Shown in pieces: positions 1 to 9,615 of a DNA stretch of 64,000 nucleotides. Source of the stretch: an uncultured Chloroflexia bacterium (lineage in GTDB: Bacteria > Chloroflexota > UBA6077 > JACCZL01); the NCBI GenBank assembly GCA_963765765.1, contig CAVXYC010000015.1:256001-320000 (forward strand). Direction: 5' to 3'. A program made the translations under genes and the position numbers. The notes under the pieces were generated by a model. It was not told the DNA's origin, searched no databases, and saw only the letters and a program-made list of their open reading frames with translations. Every line of letters begins with the position of its first letter. Within the stretch, counting starts at the first letter, position 1.

Positions 1-95
1 GTGAGGCATCAAGCTCGGTGTGCTCGTTGGTTATCGGCGACGAGCAGCCAATCTCCGAAAAAGCGGCCGACCCGGTTGAGTCCGATAAGTAGATC

Positions 96-734
96 TCAGG
101 AAACCTGCTCCTTTTCCCGAGCGATGTATCTGAGCATGATCCGACGCTCGCTCTGTAGAAGGGCAGTGAACTCTACGCGTACGATGTAACGGACTGCCCC
201 CTAGGTGGCGCCGGTTCGGACAGGCCGCGTAACGTCTCGCACAACTCCGCTCGGAAGGATCGGGGCGTGGCCCGGGAGGGGGATCACCAGCTGCAGCATC
301 TGGTCCGGCTCAAGAGGAGCGAAGCATTCTAGCTTGGCGCCGCCACCGCTCAACTCCATGATCCGAACGGTGATGTGGGCGGGCGGACGGTTTGTCGTTC
401 CAGGGAGAAAGGCGGTCGTCGCGGGCATCGAGACCCGCACGCGCGGGTACTTTCGACGATCTAGTCGACGGACCTTCCCAGTAACTTCTACCTGGAGTTC
501 GCCGCTGATGTCTTCTGAGCACCCGACTGGGAATCGCGTAGACGCCGTGGTCTGCCGGAACATGGAGTGACACCGATTCCTCCTTGCGCACTGGGCAAGG
601 AGGTGACCGTCGATGTACGCATCGGAGACCCCCGGAGCTGTCCCGAATAAGCCGCCTGGTCACCGGCGATTGGTTTTCCAAAGCATCAGGAGTCGGCAGG
701 GCGGCTGGAGAAAAGAGAGGTCGCTCACGCTCAT
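96..734 (-). pseudogene. PilZ-domain (YcgR/flagellar-brake-like) c-di-GMP-binding protein, interrupted
   Basis: ORF 201-563 has the PilZ motifs RRKYPR and ELSGGG. After an in-frame TAG (201-203) the frame continues GAVRYIVRVEFTALLQSERRIMLRYIAREKEQVS to TGA at 96-98, a typical PilZ C-terminus. N-terminal pieces lie in other frames back to an ATG at 734 (start is inferred). Confidence 0.75.
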
Positions 735-1057
735 GCACCTTCACTCGGTTGCCAGTGTTGCGATTCTGGCTTCTCATTGAGAGAACGAGTGTGTGCCCCT
801 GATGAGAGATGGCGGGTAACTTCTTACGCGGCTAGCGTAGGACTGCGAATCCCACGCGCGCATAGCCTGCTTAGACTACGTAAGGCCTGACCATTTTTGT
901 AATGCAACAAGCACCGCCAGATTCGCCAGAATGACGGCAAGAACAATGACGAACTCGAGCGCTTCACCTACGACCACGGACCACCGCCTCTATGGGAGTG
1001 CCAGGCGCATTCCTGTCCTCCCATTCTATCGTGGTGAGCGAGGGCGTCAACTTTCGC

Positions 1058-1702
1058 TTATCGACGAGACCGTGCCGCTCCCGGCGCGGGCTTGTCGGCT
1101 TCGCCCTCCTGCGGCTGCTCGCTCACGGGACCCATCTTGAGATTTCCCTCGAAGAAGGCGCCCTCTTGCATCACCAATGTGCCGGCCTGGATCTCCCCAT
1201 GGACTCGTCCGGTTGGAAGAATCTCAACGCGGCCAACGCACTGAATCTCGCCAGTCACTTCACCAGCCACGGTGATGGTCTCTGCCGTGACTCGCGCTTT
1301 GACGCGGGCCGATTCCTCAATTGCAACCGACTGGCTGCTGATGATCTCTCCATCCACCGCTCCAAGGATGCGAACGGCAGTCTCGGAGCGCAGCGTACCG
1401 CTGAACGATGTTTGCGGACCAATCACCGACTGCACATCGCTGCCTCCGAAGGACGCCCGGCCAGTCGGCTGCGCAATGCGCGAGACTGACACGTTGACGT
1501 CATTCGTCGTCGGCCTGGGCATGGTCGGCGAAATCGGAGGGGCTGGCGTCGCGGGAGCGGCTGGAGTCGCGGGCGGCGGGTCGTCGGCCTTCACATTTTC
1601 GACCGTCTCAGGGTTCTCGGTGTCCGCGGTCTCCTCCGACTCGCGGTTCGAGAGTGCCTTTGAGAACCGTGTCCACTCCTGCTCCTCAGTTCGCTTGAAC
1701 AT
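1058..1702 (-). CDS. Bactofilin (polymer-forming cytoskeletal protein)
   Basis: Beta-helix repeats SVIGPQTSFSGTLRS...VAGEVTGEI...GRVHGEI...MQEGAFFEG; GGAGGAG RBS before ATG 1702; Pro-rich N-terminal linker. Confidence 0.9.
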   Translation of the reverse strand: MFKRTEEQEWTRFSKALSNRESEETADTENPETVENVKADDPPPATPAAPATPAPPISPTMPRPTTNDVNVSVSRIAQPTGRASFGGSDVQSVIGPQTSFSGTLRSETAVRILGAVDGEIISSQSVAIEESARVKARVTAETITVAGEVTGEIQCVGRVEILPTGRVHGEIQAGTLVMQEGAFFEGNLKMGPVSEQPQEGEADKPAPGAARSRR

Positions 1703-1916
1703 TCTGGGACTCCTCCCCACCGCCACCGATGGACACGGTGCGATGGCCTGCTGATTGATAGCTCATAAGCGCGGCTCGTCACCTGGCCGGAGTATATCCC
1801 CCGATTTCGCCAACTTCAACGATTGGTGGGCGTCGAACGCTCCAATGATGTTACGACTGCACACGCGAATTCGCGGTTTGATACGTATAATCGGTCGAAG
1901 TACTCGACATGATGAG

Positions 1917-2550
1917 ATGAGCCAGTACCTCGAGCTTCTCGATTGGCGTCGGCAGATTGCCTTTCTCTATGGAGAGCTTCGTTCCAGAGCGAGCTCTTCC
2001 GAGACGGCAGACTGGTTCCGAAGGCAGCGCGACCAGTTGTTCCGTGATCATCCACAGAGCCCTATTCCTGCCAACGCTCGTGCAGCATTTCGGTCGCTAT
2101 GCTATTGGGCGTGGGACCCAGCGGGGCGTGTCGACGCACGATTTACTCCACTCATTTCAGGTCCGTCGAGAGTACCGCCTTCCGCCCTCGATAAACGGGG
2201 AAGCTCGCCTCCATCCTATTGGGACGGTGGCATTTCAGCTTTTCGATACGGCTTGTCAGCTCCAGGTCCTATGGCTCGATGCGTACGGCGGTGGTATCTT
2301 CATCCCGTTTCGCGACGCGACGTGCGGTAGCGAAACGTATGGAGGGGGGCGATATCTGCTGGATTCAGTCAAGGGCGCCGAATTGGGGAGTAGCTTTGAA
2401 TCGGAAACCCTCACGCTGGACTTCAACTACGCCTATCACCCCTCGTGCGCGTACGATCCGATCTGGCCGTGTCCTCTGGCACCGCCCTAGAACCGGCTGC
2501 AGATGGCGGTTCCATTGGGTGAGCGTTTGACTCCCGGCGTTAACTCATGA
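1917..2550 (+). pseudogene. DUF1684 family protein (one frameshift, one in-frame TAG)
   Basis: N-terminal LLDWRR...RDQLFRDHPQSP in one frame; FIPFRDATCGSETYGGGRYL...LDFNYAYHPSCAYDPIWPCPLAPP in another; after TAG 2488-2490 the frame continues NRLQMAVPLGER. Confidence 0.85.
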
Positions 2551-2563
2551 CTAGCGTTAGCTC

Positions 2564-3613
2564 GTGACTATGGAAAGCGGTGCGCAAGCTGGCGCGGTAG
2601 TTGAGCTGCGAAACGTCACCAAACATTACGCGCTCAACGAGTCAGGCCCGGGAGCAGTGAACGACCTCTCCTTAACTGTGCCCGCGGGGGAGATCTGCGT
2701 ACTCGTTGGGCCGAGCGGGTGTGGCAAGACAACGACACTCAGAATGGTCAATCGGCTCGTTGACCCGACGAGCGGTCAGGTGCTCATTGATGGGTCCGAT
2801 GTCGCAAGCGTCGAGCCAACCCAGCTCCGCCGCCGAATTGGTTACGTCATTCAGCAGATCGGACTTTTCCCGCATCAGACCATCGGTCAGAACGTGGCTA
2901 CCGTGCCGTCTCTTCTCGGTTGGGACAAGAAGCGAAGCGAAGCGCGAGTCGATGAGCTACTGGTCCTTGTGGGACTCGATCCTGACCGTTATCGCGAACG
3001 GTATCCGTCCGAGCTATCAGGAGGCGAGCGCCAACGAGTCGGAGTCGCTCGAGCGCTGGCCGCGGAGCCGCCGGTCATGCTCATGGACGAGCCGTTTGGC
3101 GCGGTCGATCCAATTGTTCGAGAACGGTTGCAGGATGAGTTCTTGAGACTTCATCGAACACTGGGTATGACTGTCCTGATGGTGACTCATGACATCGATG
3201 AAGCAATCAAAATGGGCACCCGCGTTGCTGTGATGCGACAAGGCGGCCATCTCGAGCAATACGCCTCGCCGGCCGAGCTGCTCGCTCATCCGTCCAGTGA
3301 ATTCGTCGCGCAATTTGTGGGTGCCGATCGAGCGCTCAAGCAGCTTGCGCTGCTTCGAGTGAAGGATCTGGCGCCCATCCCCGTCGCGCAGCTTACGAAT
3401 GGAAAAGAGTCAAATAACGTGAGTAGCTGGCCCCGATTGAAGCATGACATGCTCCTTCGTGACGCGCTCTCGAATCTGCTTGTGAGCGCCGAGCACGTTG
3501 GTCTTGTAACGGACGACGACGGCGAGATTCTTGGCGGAGTGAGCCTGGAATCAATAGGCACCGCGCTTATCCAGGGGCAGCGCGTAGTTAACGGCTCCCG
3601 TGCTGAGGCGTGA
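2564..3613 (+). CDS. Osmoprotectant (OpuC/ProV-like) ABC transporter ATPase
   Basis: GPSGCGKTT, LSGGERQRVGVARAL, LMDEPFGAVDP, RRRIGYVIQQIGLFPH. Confidence 0.93.
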   Translation: MTMESGAQAGAVVELRNVTKHYALNESGPGAVNDLSLTVPAGEICVLVGPSGCGKTTTLRMVNRLVDPTSGQVLIDGSDVASVEPTQLRRRIGYVIQQIGLFPHQTIGQNVATVPSLLGWDKKRSEARVDELLVLVGLDPDRYRERYPSELSGGERQRVGVARALAAEPPVMLMDEPFGAVDPIVRERLQDEFLRLHRTLGMTVLMVTHDIDEAIKMGTRVAVMRQGGHLEQYASPAELLAHPSSEFVAQFVGADRALKQLALLRVKDLAPIPVAQLTNGKESNNVSSWPRLKHDMLLRDALSNLLVSAEHVGLVTDDDGEILGGVSLESIGTALIQGQRVVNGSRAEA

Positions 3614-3633
3614 TTGGCGACGGTGACTGATCG

Positions 3634-4290
3634 ATGACTCCTGGTGAGCCGCTCATTCGCTGGGATTGGTTGGCGCGTAATTTGCCCGTCATTGGACAGC
3701 GACTTCTCGAGCATATCCAGCTCACGGTGATCGCCGTGTGAGTTGGCTTTCTAATCTCCTTCATCATCAGCATTCTCATTGTCAGACGTTCTTCAATGTA
3801 TGGACCGGTCACGTGGATAACGGGAGTGATGTACACGATTCCGAGCCTGGCATTGTTTGCGTTGCTGGTACCATTCACGGGGCTCTCCATAATCACTGCC
3901 GAAATCGGACTTGTAAGTTACACGCTGCTAATCTTGATTCGCAGCATCGTCAGCGGGATTCGCTCAGTTCCCCAGGAAGTGCGAGATGCCGCGATTGGGA
4001 TGGGCTATAGCCCCTGGAAACTGCTGTGGCGAGTGGAGCTCCCACTCGCCATGGTCGTCATTATTGCCGGCGTTCGCGTCGCCACAATTACTATCATCGG
4101 TCTGACAACGGTCACTGCGCTCATCGGCCAGGGTGGGCTGGGAGCGTTGATCCTTGAGGGAATTCAACGCTTTTTCAGTACGCCGCTGATTGTGGGCGCA
4201 CTACTCTCAATTGCGCTGGCGGTGTTGGCGGACGCAGGACTCGCGCTGCTTCAGCGCTGGGTAACGCCCTGGGCGAGGGTGCGCGGATGA
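3634..4290 (+). CDS. Osmoprotectant ABC permease 1 (in-frame TGA at 3739-3741)
   Basis: ATG 3634 is in frame with ORF 3796-4290; YTIPSLALF, DAAIGMGYS...VELPLA, GQGGLG. Confidence 0.85.
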
Positions 4291-4318
4291 TGCGCTCTTA
4301 TCCGCGGGTCCAGGCTGT

Positions 4319-5020
4319 ATGGCACTTGGCAGACCATTGGGCCTGATCGATTCGCTCATCGCATGGCTGGTCGTGCCGGCGCGCTGGCAGGGTTCGGATG
4401 GAATTCCGACCCGTGTCGGGGAACATCTCTTGCTCTCGGTAGTTGCGGTTCTTGCAGCGGTCGCGCTGGCGATGCCGCTGGGTGTCGCGCTGGGACATTT
4501 TCATAAGGGCGGTTTTGTGGCGATGAATGTCGCCAACGTGGGTAGAGCTTTGCCATCCATGGCGCTACTTGCACTGGCGTTGCCGTTGGCCTTTGCCCTG
4601 AATCTTGGCCTTGGCTTCTGGCCCACGTTTCTGGCGCTCGTGCCTCTGGGGCTCCCGCCGATCCTTACGAACTCCTATGTAGCCGTGTCTGAGGTTGACG
4701 TGGATATTGTGGACTCCGCCCGAGGGATGGGTATGAGCTCATGGCAGATTCTTTGGCGCGCTGAGCTGCCGCTGGCAGCGCCAATGATCGTGGATGGTAT
4801 TCGGAATTCGGCGGTTGCCATTGTAGCGACCGCTACGCTGGGTGCTCTCGTAGCCGGAGGAGGACTGGGCCGTTACATTGTTGACGGGTTGCAACGTCAG
4901 GAGACACCGCGCATTCTCGCTGGCGCAGTGCTGGTGGCGCTGATGGCCATTGTCACGGAGTACGGTCTCGGGCTGGTGCAGCGATTCGTAACGCCGCGAG
5001 GCGAGCGTAAGTCGACATAG
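4319..5020 (+). CDS. Osmoprotectant ABC permease 2
   Basis: GRALPS, DSARGMGMS...ELPLAAP, GGGGLGRYI. Confidence 0.9.
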   Translation: MALGRPLGLIDSLIAWLVVPARWQGSDGIPTRVGEHLLLSVVAVLAAVALAMPLGVALGHFHKGGFVAMNVANVGRALPSMALLALALPLAFALNLGLGFWPTFLALVPLGLPPILTNSYVAVSEVDVDIVDSARGMGMSSWQILWRAELPLAAPMIVDGIRNSAVAIVATATLGALVAGGGLGRYIVDGLQRQETPRILAGAVLVALMAIVTEYGLGLVQRFVTPRGERKST

Positions 5021-5112
5021 GCCGAGTGCAGCAGGCGCGCATGTGACAGGGTGGTAAAGTTGCGGACAAAAGCTCGATCTTTTTGGATGCGGTGTAGGAC
5101 AACGGAGGAGGA

Positions 5113-6051
5113 ATGACATTGAAGCGTAATAGCTACTGGCTCAGGTTCGGATTCGCGTTCGCGAGCGTGATCGCGCTTTTGGGCGGGATCACTTCAAGTG
5201 CAGTCCAGGCGGCGCCCGCCGCGCAAAAGCCGGTAATCCGCATGGGCTCCACGAACTTTGCCGAGCAGACGATCGTGGCTGAACTGTACGCGCAGGTGTT
5301 GGAGGCGAATGGCTTCCAGATCGAGCGACGTCTGAACCTCGGTTCGCGCGAGATCGTTGCGCCGGCGCTGGAGTCGGGACAGATCGATATGTACCCCGAG
5401 TATCTGGCCACGATGCTGTCGTACACGACCAAGAATCAGCAGATGGGCTCGGGTGACCCTGCAGCAACGGCGATGAGCCTGATGGAAGCCCTGGCGCCGA
5501 AGGGGATATCTCTTCTCGACGTTGCTCCGGCTATCGACACAAACGCCCTGGCTGTCACCGCGGCAACCGCCCAGCGCCTCAATTTGAAGACGACGAGTGA
5601 CCTGGTTCCATACATGGATCAGCTCGTATTGGGCGGGCCACCAGAATGTCCCGACCGCCCATTTTGTATCCTCGGCTTCCGTGACGTCTATGGACTGACG
5701 TTCAAGGACTTCAGGCCATTGGATGTCGGCGGACCGATCACCGTCGCGGCGCTTGATGCTGGACAGGTAGACGTGGCCGTGCTTTTCTCTTCTGACGCGG
5801 TCATCGCCCAGCGCGGCTTTCTAGTGCTGGAAGATGATAAGCACCTTCAGCTTGCGGACAATGTGGCGCCAGTCATTAGGACCGAGGTCCTGAACGCGGC
5901 GCCAGATGAGATCCGCATGCTTACCAACAGCGTAAGCATGATTCTCACAACGGATGAGCTCGTGGAGCTCAACCGCCAGGTGGGAGTTGATCGAATGGAT
6001 CCGAAGGATGCCGCGGCTGGTTGGTTGAGGGCGAAGGCGCTGATTTCGTAG
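5113..6051 (+). CDS. Glycine betaine/choline-type ABC substrate-binding protein
   Basis: Signal peptide; GSTNFAEQ, DMYPEY, LEDDK; GGAGG RBS. Confidence 0.92.
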   Translation: MTLKRNSYWLRFGFAFASVIALLGGITSSAVQAAPAAQKPVIRMGSTNFAEQTIVAELYAQVLEANGFQIERRLNLGSREIVAPALESGQIDMYPEYLATMLSYTTKNQQMGSGDPAATAMSLMEALAPKGISLLDVAPAIDTNALAVTAATAQRLNLKTTSDLVPYMDQLVLGGPPECPDRPFCILGFRDVYGLTFKDFRPLDVGGPITVAALDAGQVDVAVLFSSDAVIAQRGFLVLEDDKHLQLADNVAPVIRTEVLNAAPDEIRMLTNSVSMILTTDELVELNRQVGVDRMDPKDAAAGWLRAKALIS

Positions 6052-6076
6052 CCGCCTGATCTGGACGTCAACCCAG

Positions 6077-6115
6077 GCCCGTCCGCGGAATTCTCCGGGG
6101 GCGGGCATTTTTGTT
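6077..6115 (+). terminator. Intrinsic terminator
   Basis: GC-rich stem gcccgtcc...gggcgggc followed by atttttgtt. Confidence 0.8.
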
Positions 6116-6382
6116 GTGCCAGCCGCAATGCGCTTTGTTGTGTCAGCCAAATCGGGCTTTTGCTGTGCCAGCCAATTTGCGCTCAATTTGACGTTAGCGA
6201 ATTGGAAGATTTCTCATGCTCTGCGCGTTAGAGCCTGTAGAACAACACTCATCTCGGTAATTGACTACTCGTTTCGGAGGCTCTGCGTCTGTAATCGAAG
6301 GGGTCGGGGCCGATTATCAGATGCGTGCACCGGCTGTTTTGTCGGCTCGTGTAGGAAGGCTGGTTACAGCCCGAGGAGGGTC

Positions 6383-6643
6383 ATGATGGAGAGCGCCGGA
6401 AGCACAGAGAAGGTCGCATCGCAAGCTCGAACACCACGCGTGACGCATGAGCGTCGGATTTTTCGGGATCTTTTTCTCGCTCGGCTCCGCAGATTCCACA
6501 AGCAGCGGACGATGTACGAAAGTGATCTCACTGTCGACGTCCGCTCTTTGATAGATCGGGCACTTTACTCAACCTATTGGGATTGTGTTCGCCTGGGTCT
6601 TCGAGCTGAGGCGCGCGAGGTGCTCGGTCTTCCTGGTGACTAG
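6383..6643 (+). CDS. Small helical protein, STYWDC family copy 1
   Basis: GAGGAGG RBS; 86 aa; ungapped paralog at 8528-8749. Confidence 0.8.
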   Translation: MMESAGSTEKVASQARTPRVTHERRIFRDLFLARLRRFHKQRTMYESDLTVDVRSLIDRALYSTYWDCVRLGLRAEAREVLGLPGD

Positions 6644-6690
6644 GACGCAATTGCTGCGGGCGAACTGCGGTATAGTGACGCCGTACCCGC

Positions 6691-7293
6691 ATGCAAGCAA
6701 ACCACGATGCTCCGCAGATTGACACGCCCCGAGATGTGGCGCTCTTCGAGTCTGAAGCGCTCCCGCACCTTGATGCCCTGTACCGCACGGCACGTCGGCT
6801 TACACGCAACGATCAGGCTGCCGAAGACCTTGTGCAAGATGCACTCGAGCGCGCGTACACCCACTATGATCGATTTCAGCCAGGCACCAATATGCGAGCC
6901 TGGCTTTTTCGAATCTTGAGCAACCTTGCTATCAGCCAGTACCGGCGCCGGTCTACGGCTCCAGCGATGGAATCGCTGGATGAAGGCGAGGAGTTCTCCC
7001 TCTATGACCAGCTCCAAGCGGGCGGCGACGGAGAGTCTGATGTTGAGTCGCGCGTGCTCGACATGCTTGGCGAAGAATCGATACGGGCGGCGATCGAGGC
7101 GCTTCCGATGGAATTTCGCATGGTCGTTCTGCTCGCCGACGTTGAAGGATTCGCATACAAGGAGATCGCGGAAATTCTTGGAATACCTCGCGGAACGGTG
7201 ATGTCAAGATTATTTCGTGGGCGCCGGCTTCTCCAGCGTTCACTATGGGATCAAGCGCAGGCGGCCGGCATCTCCAAGACCAGGGAAGGGTGA
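6691..7293 (+). CDS. ECF sigma factor, SigH/SigR-like
   Basis: AEDLVQD, FQPGTNMRAWLFRIL, YKEIAEILGIPRGTVMSRLFRGR. Confidence 0.95.
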   Translation: MQANHDAPQIDTPRDVALFESEALPHLDALYRTARRLTRNDQAAEDLVQDALERAYTHYDRFQPGTNMRAWLFRILSNLAISQYRRRSTAPAMESLDEGEEFSLYDQLQAGGDGESDVESRVLDMLGEESIRAAIEALPMEFRMVVLLADVEGFAYKEIAEILGIPRGTVMSRLFRGRRLLQRSLWDQAQAAGISKTREG

Positions 7294-7297
7294 ACCC

Positions 7298-7555
7298 ATG
7301 CAACGGAGCATGACATGCGAAGAGGCGTACAAGGAGATCTATGAGTATCTCGATAGGGAACTCAGCGAGGCAGAGCTTTCTATCGTACGCAAGCACCTGG
7401 AAGATTGTCCTCCGTGTGCGCATCACTTCCAGTTCGAAGGAACGGTTGTGCGTTACATTCGCGAGCAAGGTGCGCGTGAGACCTGCCCCGCGGCTGTTGC
7501 CAAGGCGATTCTAACGGGGTTCAGAGCCAGAATCAGCCAGCGCTTGAGCAGTTAG
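7298..7555 (+). CDS. Soluble zinc-binding anti-sigma factor (RshA/RsrA-like)
   Basis: C-x(26)-HLEDCPPC ZAS motif, YEYLDREL, CP near the C-terminus, no TM helix. Confidence 0.92.
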   Translation: MQRSMTCEEAYKEIYEYLDRELSEAELSIVRKHLEDCPPCAHHFQFEGTVVRYIREQGARETCPAAVAKAILTGFRARISQRLSS

Positions 7556-7564
7556 CTCGGGGTA

Positions 7565-8365
7565 CTACTCAGAGCTTTGAGTCGCTGTTCCCTGCTTGCG
7601 AGCACGCGATGCCTGGAAGATCATGACCCAGACAGCCGCCGCGCCGACCAGGAACGACATGACCTGCGCTTGCGTCAGGTTAAAGGCGAAGATCGTGTCC
7701 TGGCGGTAGAAGGTCACGAAGAACCGCCCGAACGAGTAGAGTGCTGCGAACAGCCAGAACATCATTCCTTCATAAGGCAGCTTCCAGCGCACCCGCATGA
7801 GAATGGCAAAGATAGCCAGGTCCAGAAGCATCTCATAGCCAACTGCCAGATGGACCGAGCGGTCGATCTCCCCTAGCGTGTTCGGATGCGTATAGCGTAC
7901 GGACAGAGGGAAATCTCCCGCCGGGGAGCCGTGATGCTCGCCATTTATGATGTCCCCGATGCGTCCAATGGCCATGCCTAGCACGAGGGGAGCGGCGCCT
8001 ACATCAAGGAGCCTCGGGATACTGAATCCACGCCATTTACTGTAGATAGCTCCGACGAGCGGTCCAAAGACCACGGAACCAAAAATTGCCAGACCGCCTT
8101 CGTTGATTCTCAAAATGGCCATGGGATCCTGAGCGTAGTATCCCCACTGGTCCACGATATGAAGAATGCGCGCGCCGAGAATGCCGCCGATGACCGACCA
8201 AAGGGCGACCGAGAGGATATCGTCCTCCGCAAAGCCGCGCTCAGCGCCGAGTCGCACCGCTAGAAGGATTCCGGCCAGTACGCCCACCGCGGTGAACACT
8301 CCATGCCAGGTGATAACCAATGGCCCCAGGGTGAACAGCGTCGGGTCGATATTGATGTTAATCAT
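7565..8365 (-). CDS. lgt: Prolipoprotein diacylglyceryl transferase
   Basis: IDP...GPLVITWHG, ILGARI, EGGLAIFG, IGRIGDIINGE, GRFFV. Confidence 0.92.
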   Translation of the reverse strand: MININIDPTLFTLGPLVITWHGVFTAVGVLAGILLAVRLGAERGFAEDDILSVALWSVIGGILGARILHIVDQWGYYAQDPMAILRINEGGLAIFGSVVFGPLVGAIYSKWRGFSIPRLLDVGAAPLVLGMAIGRIGDIINGEHHGSPAGDFPLSVRYTHPNTLGEIDRSVHLAVGYEMLLDLAIFAILMRVRWKLPYEGMMFWLFAALYSFGRFFVTFYRQDTIFAFNLTQAQVMSFLVGAAAVWVMIFQASRARKQGTATQSSE

Positions 8366-8527
8366 TTGTGGTGTACATACTCGATCTGTCGCTCGACGAC
8401 GCATTCTATCAGACGAATCGGCCTTTCTGAGACATTAAGCGTGTCCAAGTGTGGATGCCCTACAATGCCGCTGTCCTCGTTCCCGGACGGCCGCATCTCA
8501 CAGGTCATATTCCGGGCACGCGAAATC

Positions 8528-8749
8528 ATGGAGCCACTCTCTACCCAGCGACTAATCCGTGAATCCGTCAGAGACATGTTTCTTGGACGGCTTCGCCGCC
8601 TGGTATCGATTGAGTGCGACTCGAGCCTTGCGTTAGAAGTCGGAGATCGTCTGATGGTTGAGCGCGCGATGACATCAACCTACTGGGATTGCTGTCGCCT
8701 GGTCGGGCGGCGCCATGCTCGACGAATTCTCGGGCTGTCCGATCATTAG
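8528..8749 (+). CDS. Small helical protein, STYWDC family copy 2
   Basis: 73 aa; 28/63 identical ungapped to 6383-6643 (hand alignment). Confidence 0.75.
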   Translation: MEPLSTQRLIRESVRDMFLGRLRRLVSIECDSSLALEVGDRLMVERAMTSTYWDCCRLVGRRHARRILGLSDH

Positions 8750-8764
8750 AAATAGGGAGCAGAA

Positions 8765-9097
8765 ATGAGCTCCCCACTCAGATTGAGAGGCGGAATGACC
8801 GAACCCACGCCGAGTGACTACGTGCCGGTTTCTCGCGAGTTTGTATATGCGGGAATCCTTCCCTGGGCTGGCCCTAAATACGAAGAAGGCGTGAGGAAGC
8901 TTCTCCGCGACAACCCCTATGACAGACTCGTATTCATGGTCCCAGAACGCCTACTGGATGTCTACCGCGATCACCCACCGGCAAACCATCGGATGACGGC
9001 GGCCGAGGCCATACGTCTGGGGCTGGAGGCCGTGGACGGAGAGAATCCCAACTCGTTCATTAACAGAGTGCGTCGGGCGCTGGGAAACCCAAACTGA
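8765..9097 (+). CDS. Hypothetical protein
   Basis: Starts 15 nt after the STYWDC gene with a GGAG RBS; protein-like composition; alternative ATG at 8795. Confidence 0.65.
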   Translation: MSSPLRLRGGMTEPTPSDYVPVSREFVYAGILPWAGPKYEEGVRKLLRDNPYDRLVFMVPERLLDVYRDHPPANHRMTAAEAIRLGLEAVDGENPNSFINRVRRALGNPN

Positions 9098-9615
9098 CCG
9101 GGGAGGTTTATTTCGCCGCGACATGGCTTCGGGCGGCGTTCAACTGTGGAAATTATGGCGTTAGCGCCCGGCCATGCTATCTGTTGATGTTGACGTCGCA
9201 CTGTCTGGCATCGACGTTCGGCAGATTGCTAGACTGGTGACACTTATTATTAATCGGTGGCAGGATCGTCGGTAACCCGACTGCTGCATCCCGATTTACC
9301 TCAAACAATCCGCACGCAGCGGAGACCTAAAGTTTTCGCAATCTGTCCAACTCACCCATCACTCGCCCTGTCTACATCGCAGACGGACAGACATTTATGT
9401 ACCGCCAAGGCGGTGTTAACGTACACAGATCGAACGTACGCTCTACGAAGCTGGGCCGCCAGCGTGGTTGATGAGCTGCTGCCTTTCCAGAAGTGGGCTA
9501 GCGCGTGCTACGGCCAGTGATTGAAGTGTTCTTACTCAACACGAACTCCAGCGTTCGCAGTGAGACTCTTGATGATTCTTTTCATTCGCTATGGACTGTG
9601 AAAAGGTTATAGCCA

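Noticed and set aside
580-604. Hairpin cctccttgc/gcaaggagg as an SD-sequestering switch
   Set aside because: Probably lies inside the frameshifted PilZ coding region rather than in a leader
201-3741. Stop-codon recoding (pyrrolysine, selenocysteine or alternative code) suggested by in-frame TAG at 201 and 2488 and TGA at 3739
   Set aside because: TAG and TGA end many intact genes here, the positions are not catalytic, no pyl/sel genes are in the window, and frameshifts are equally frequent, so error or mutation is simpler
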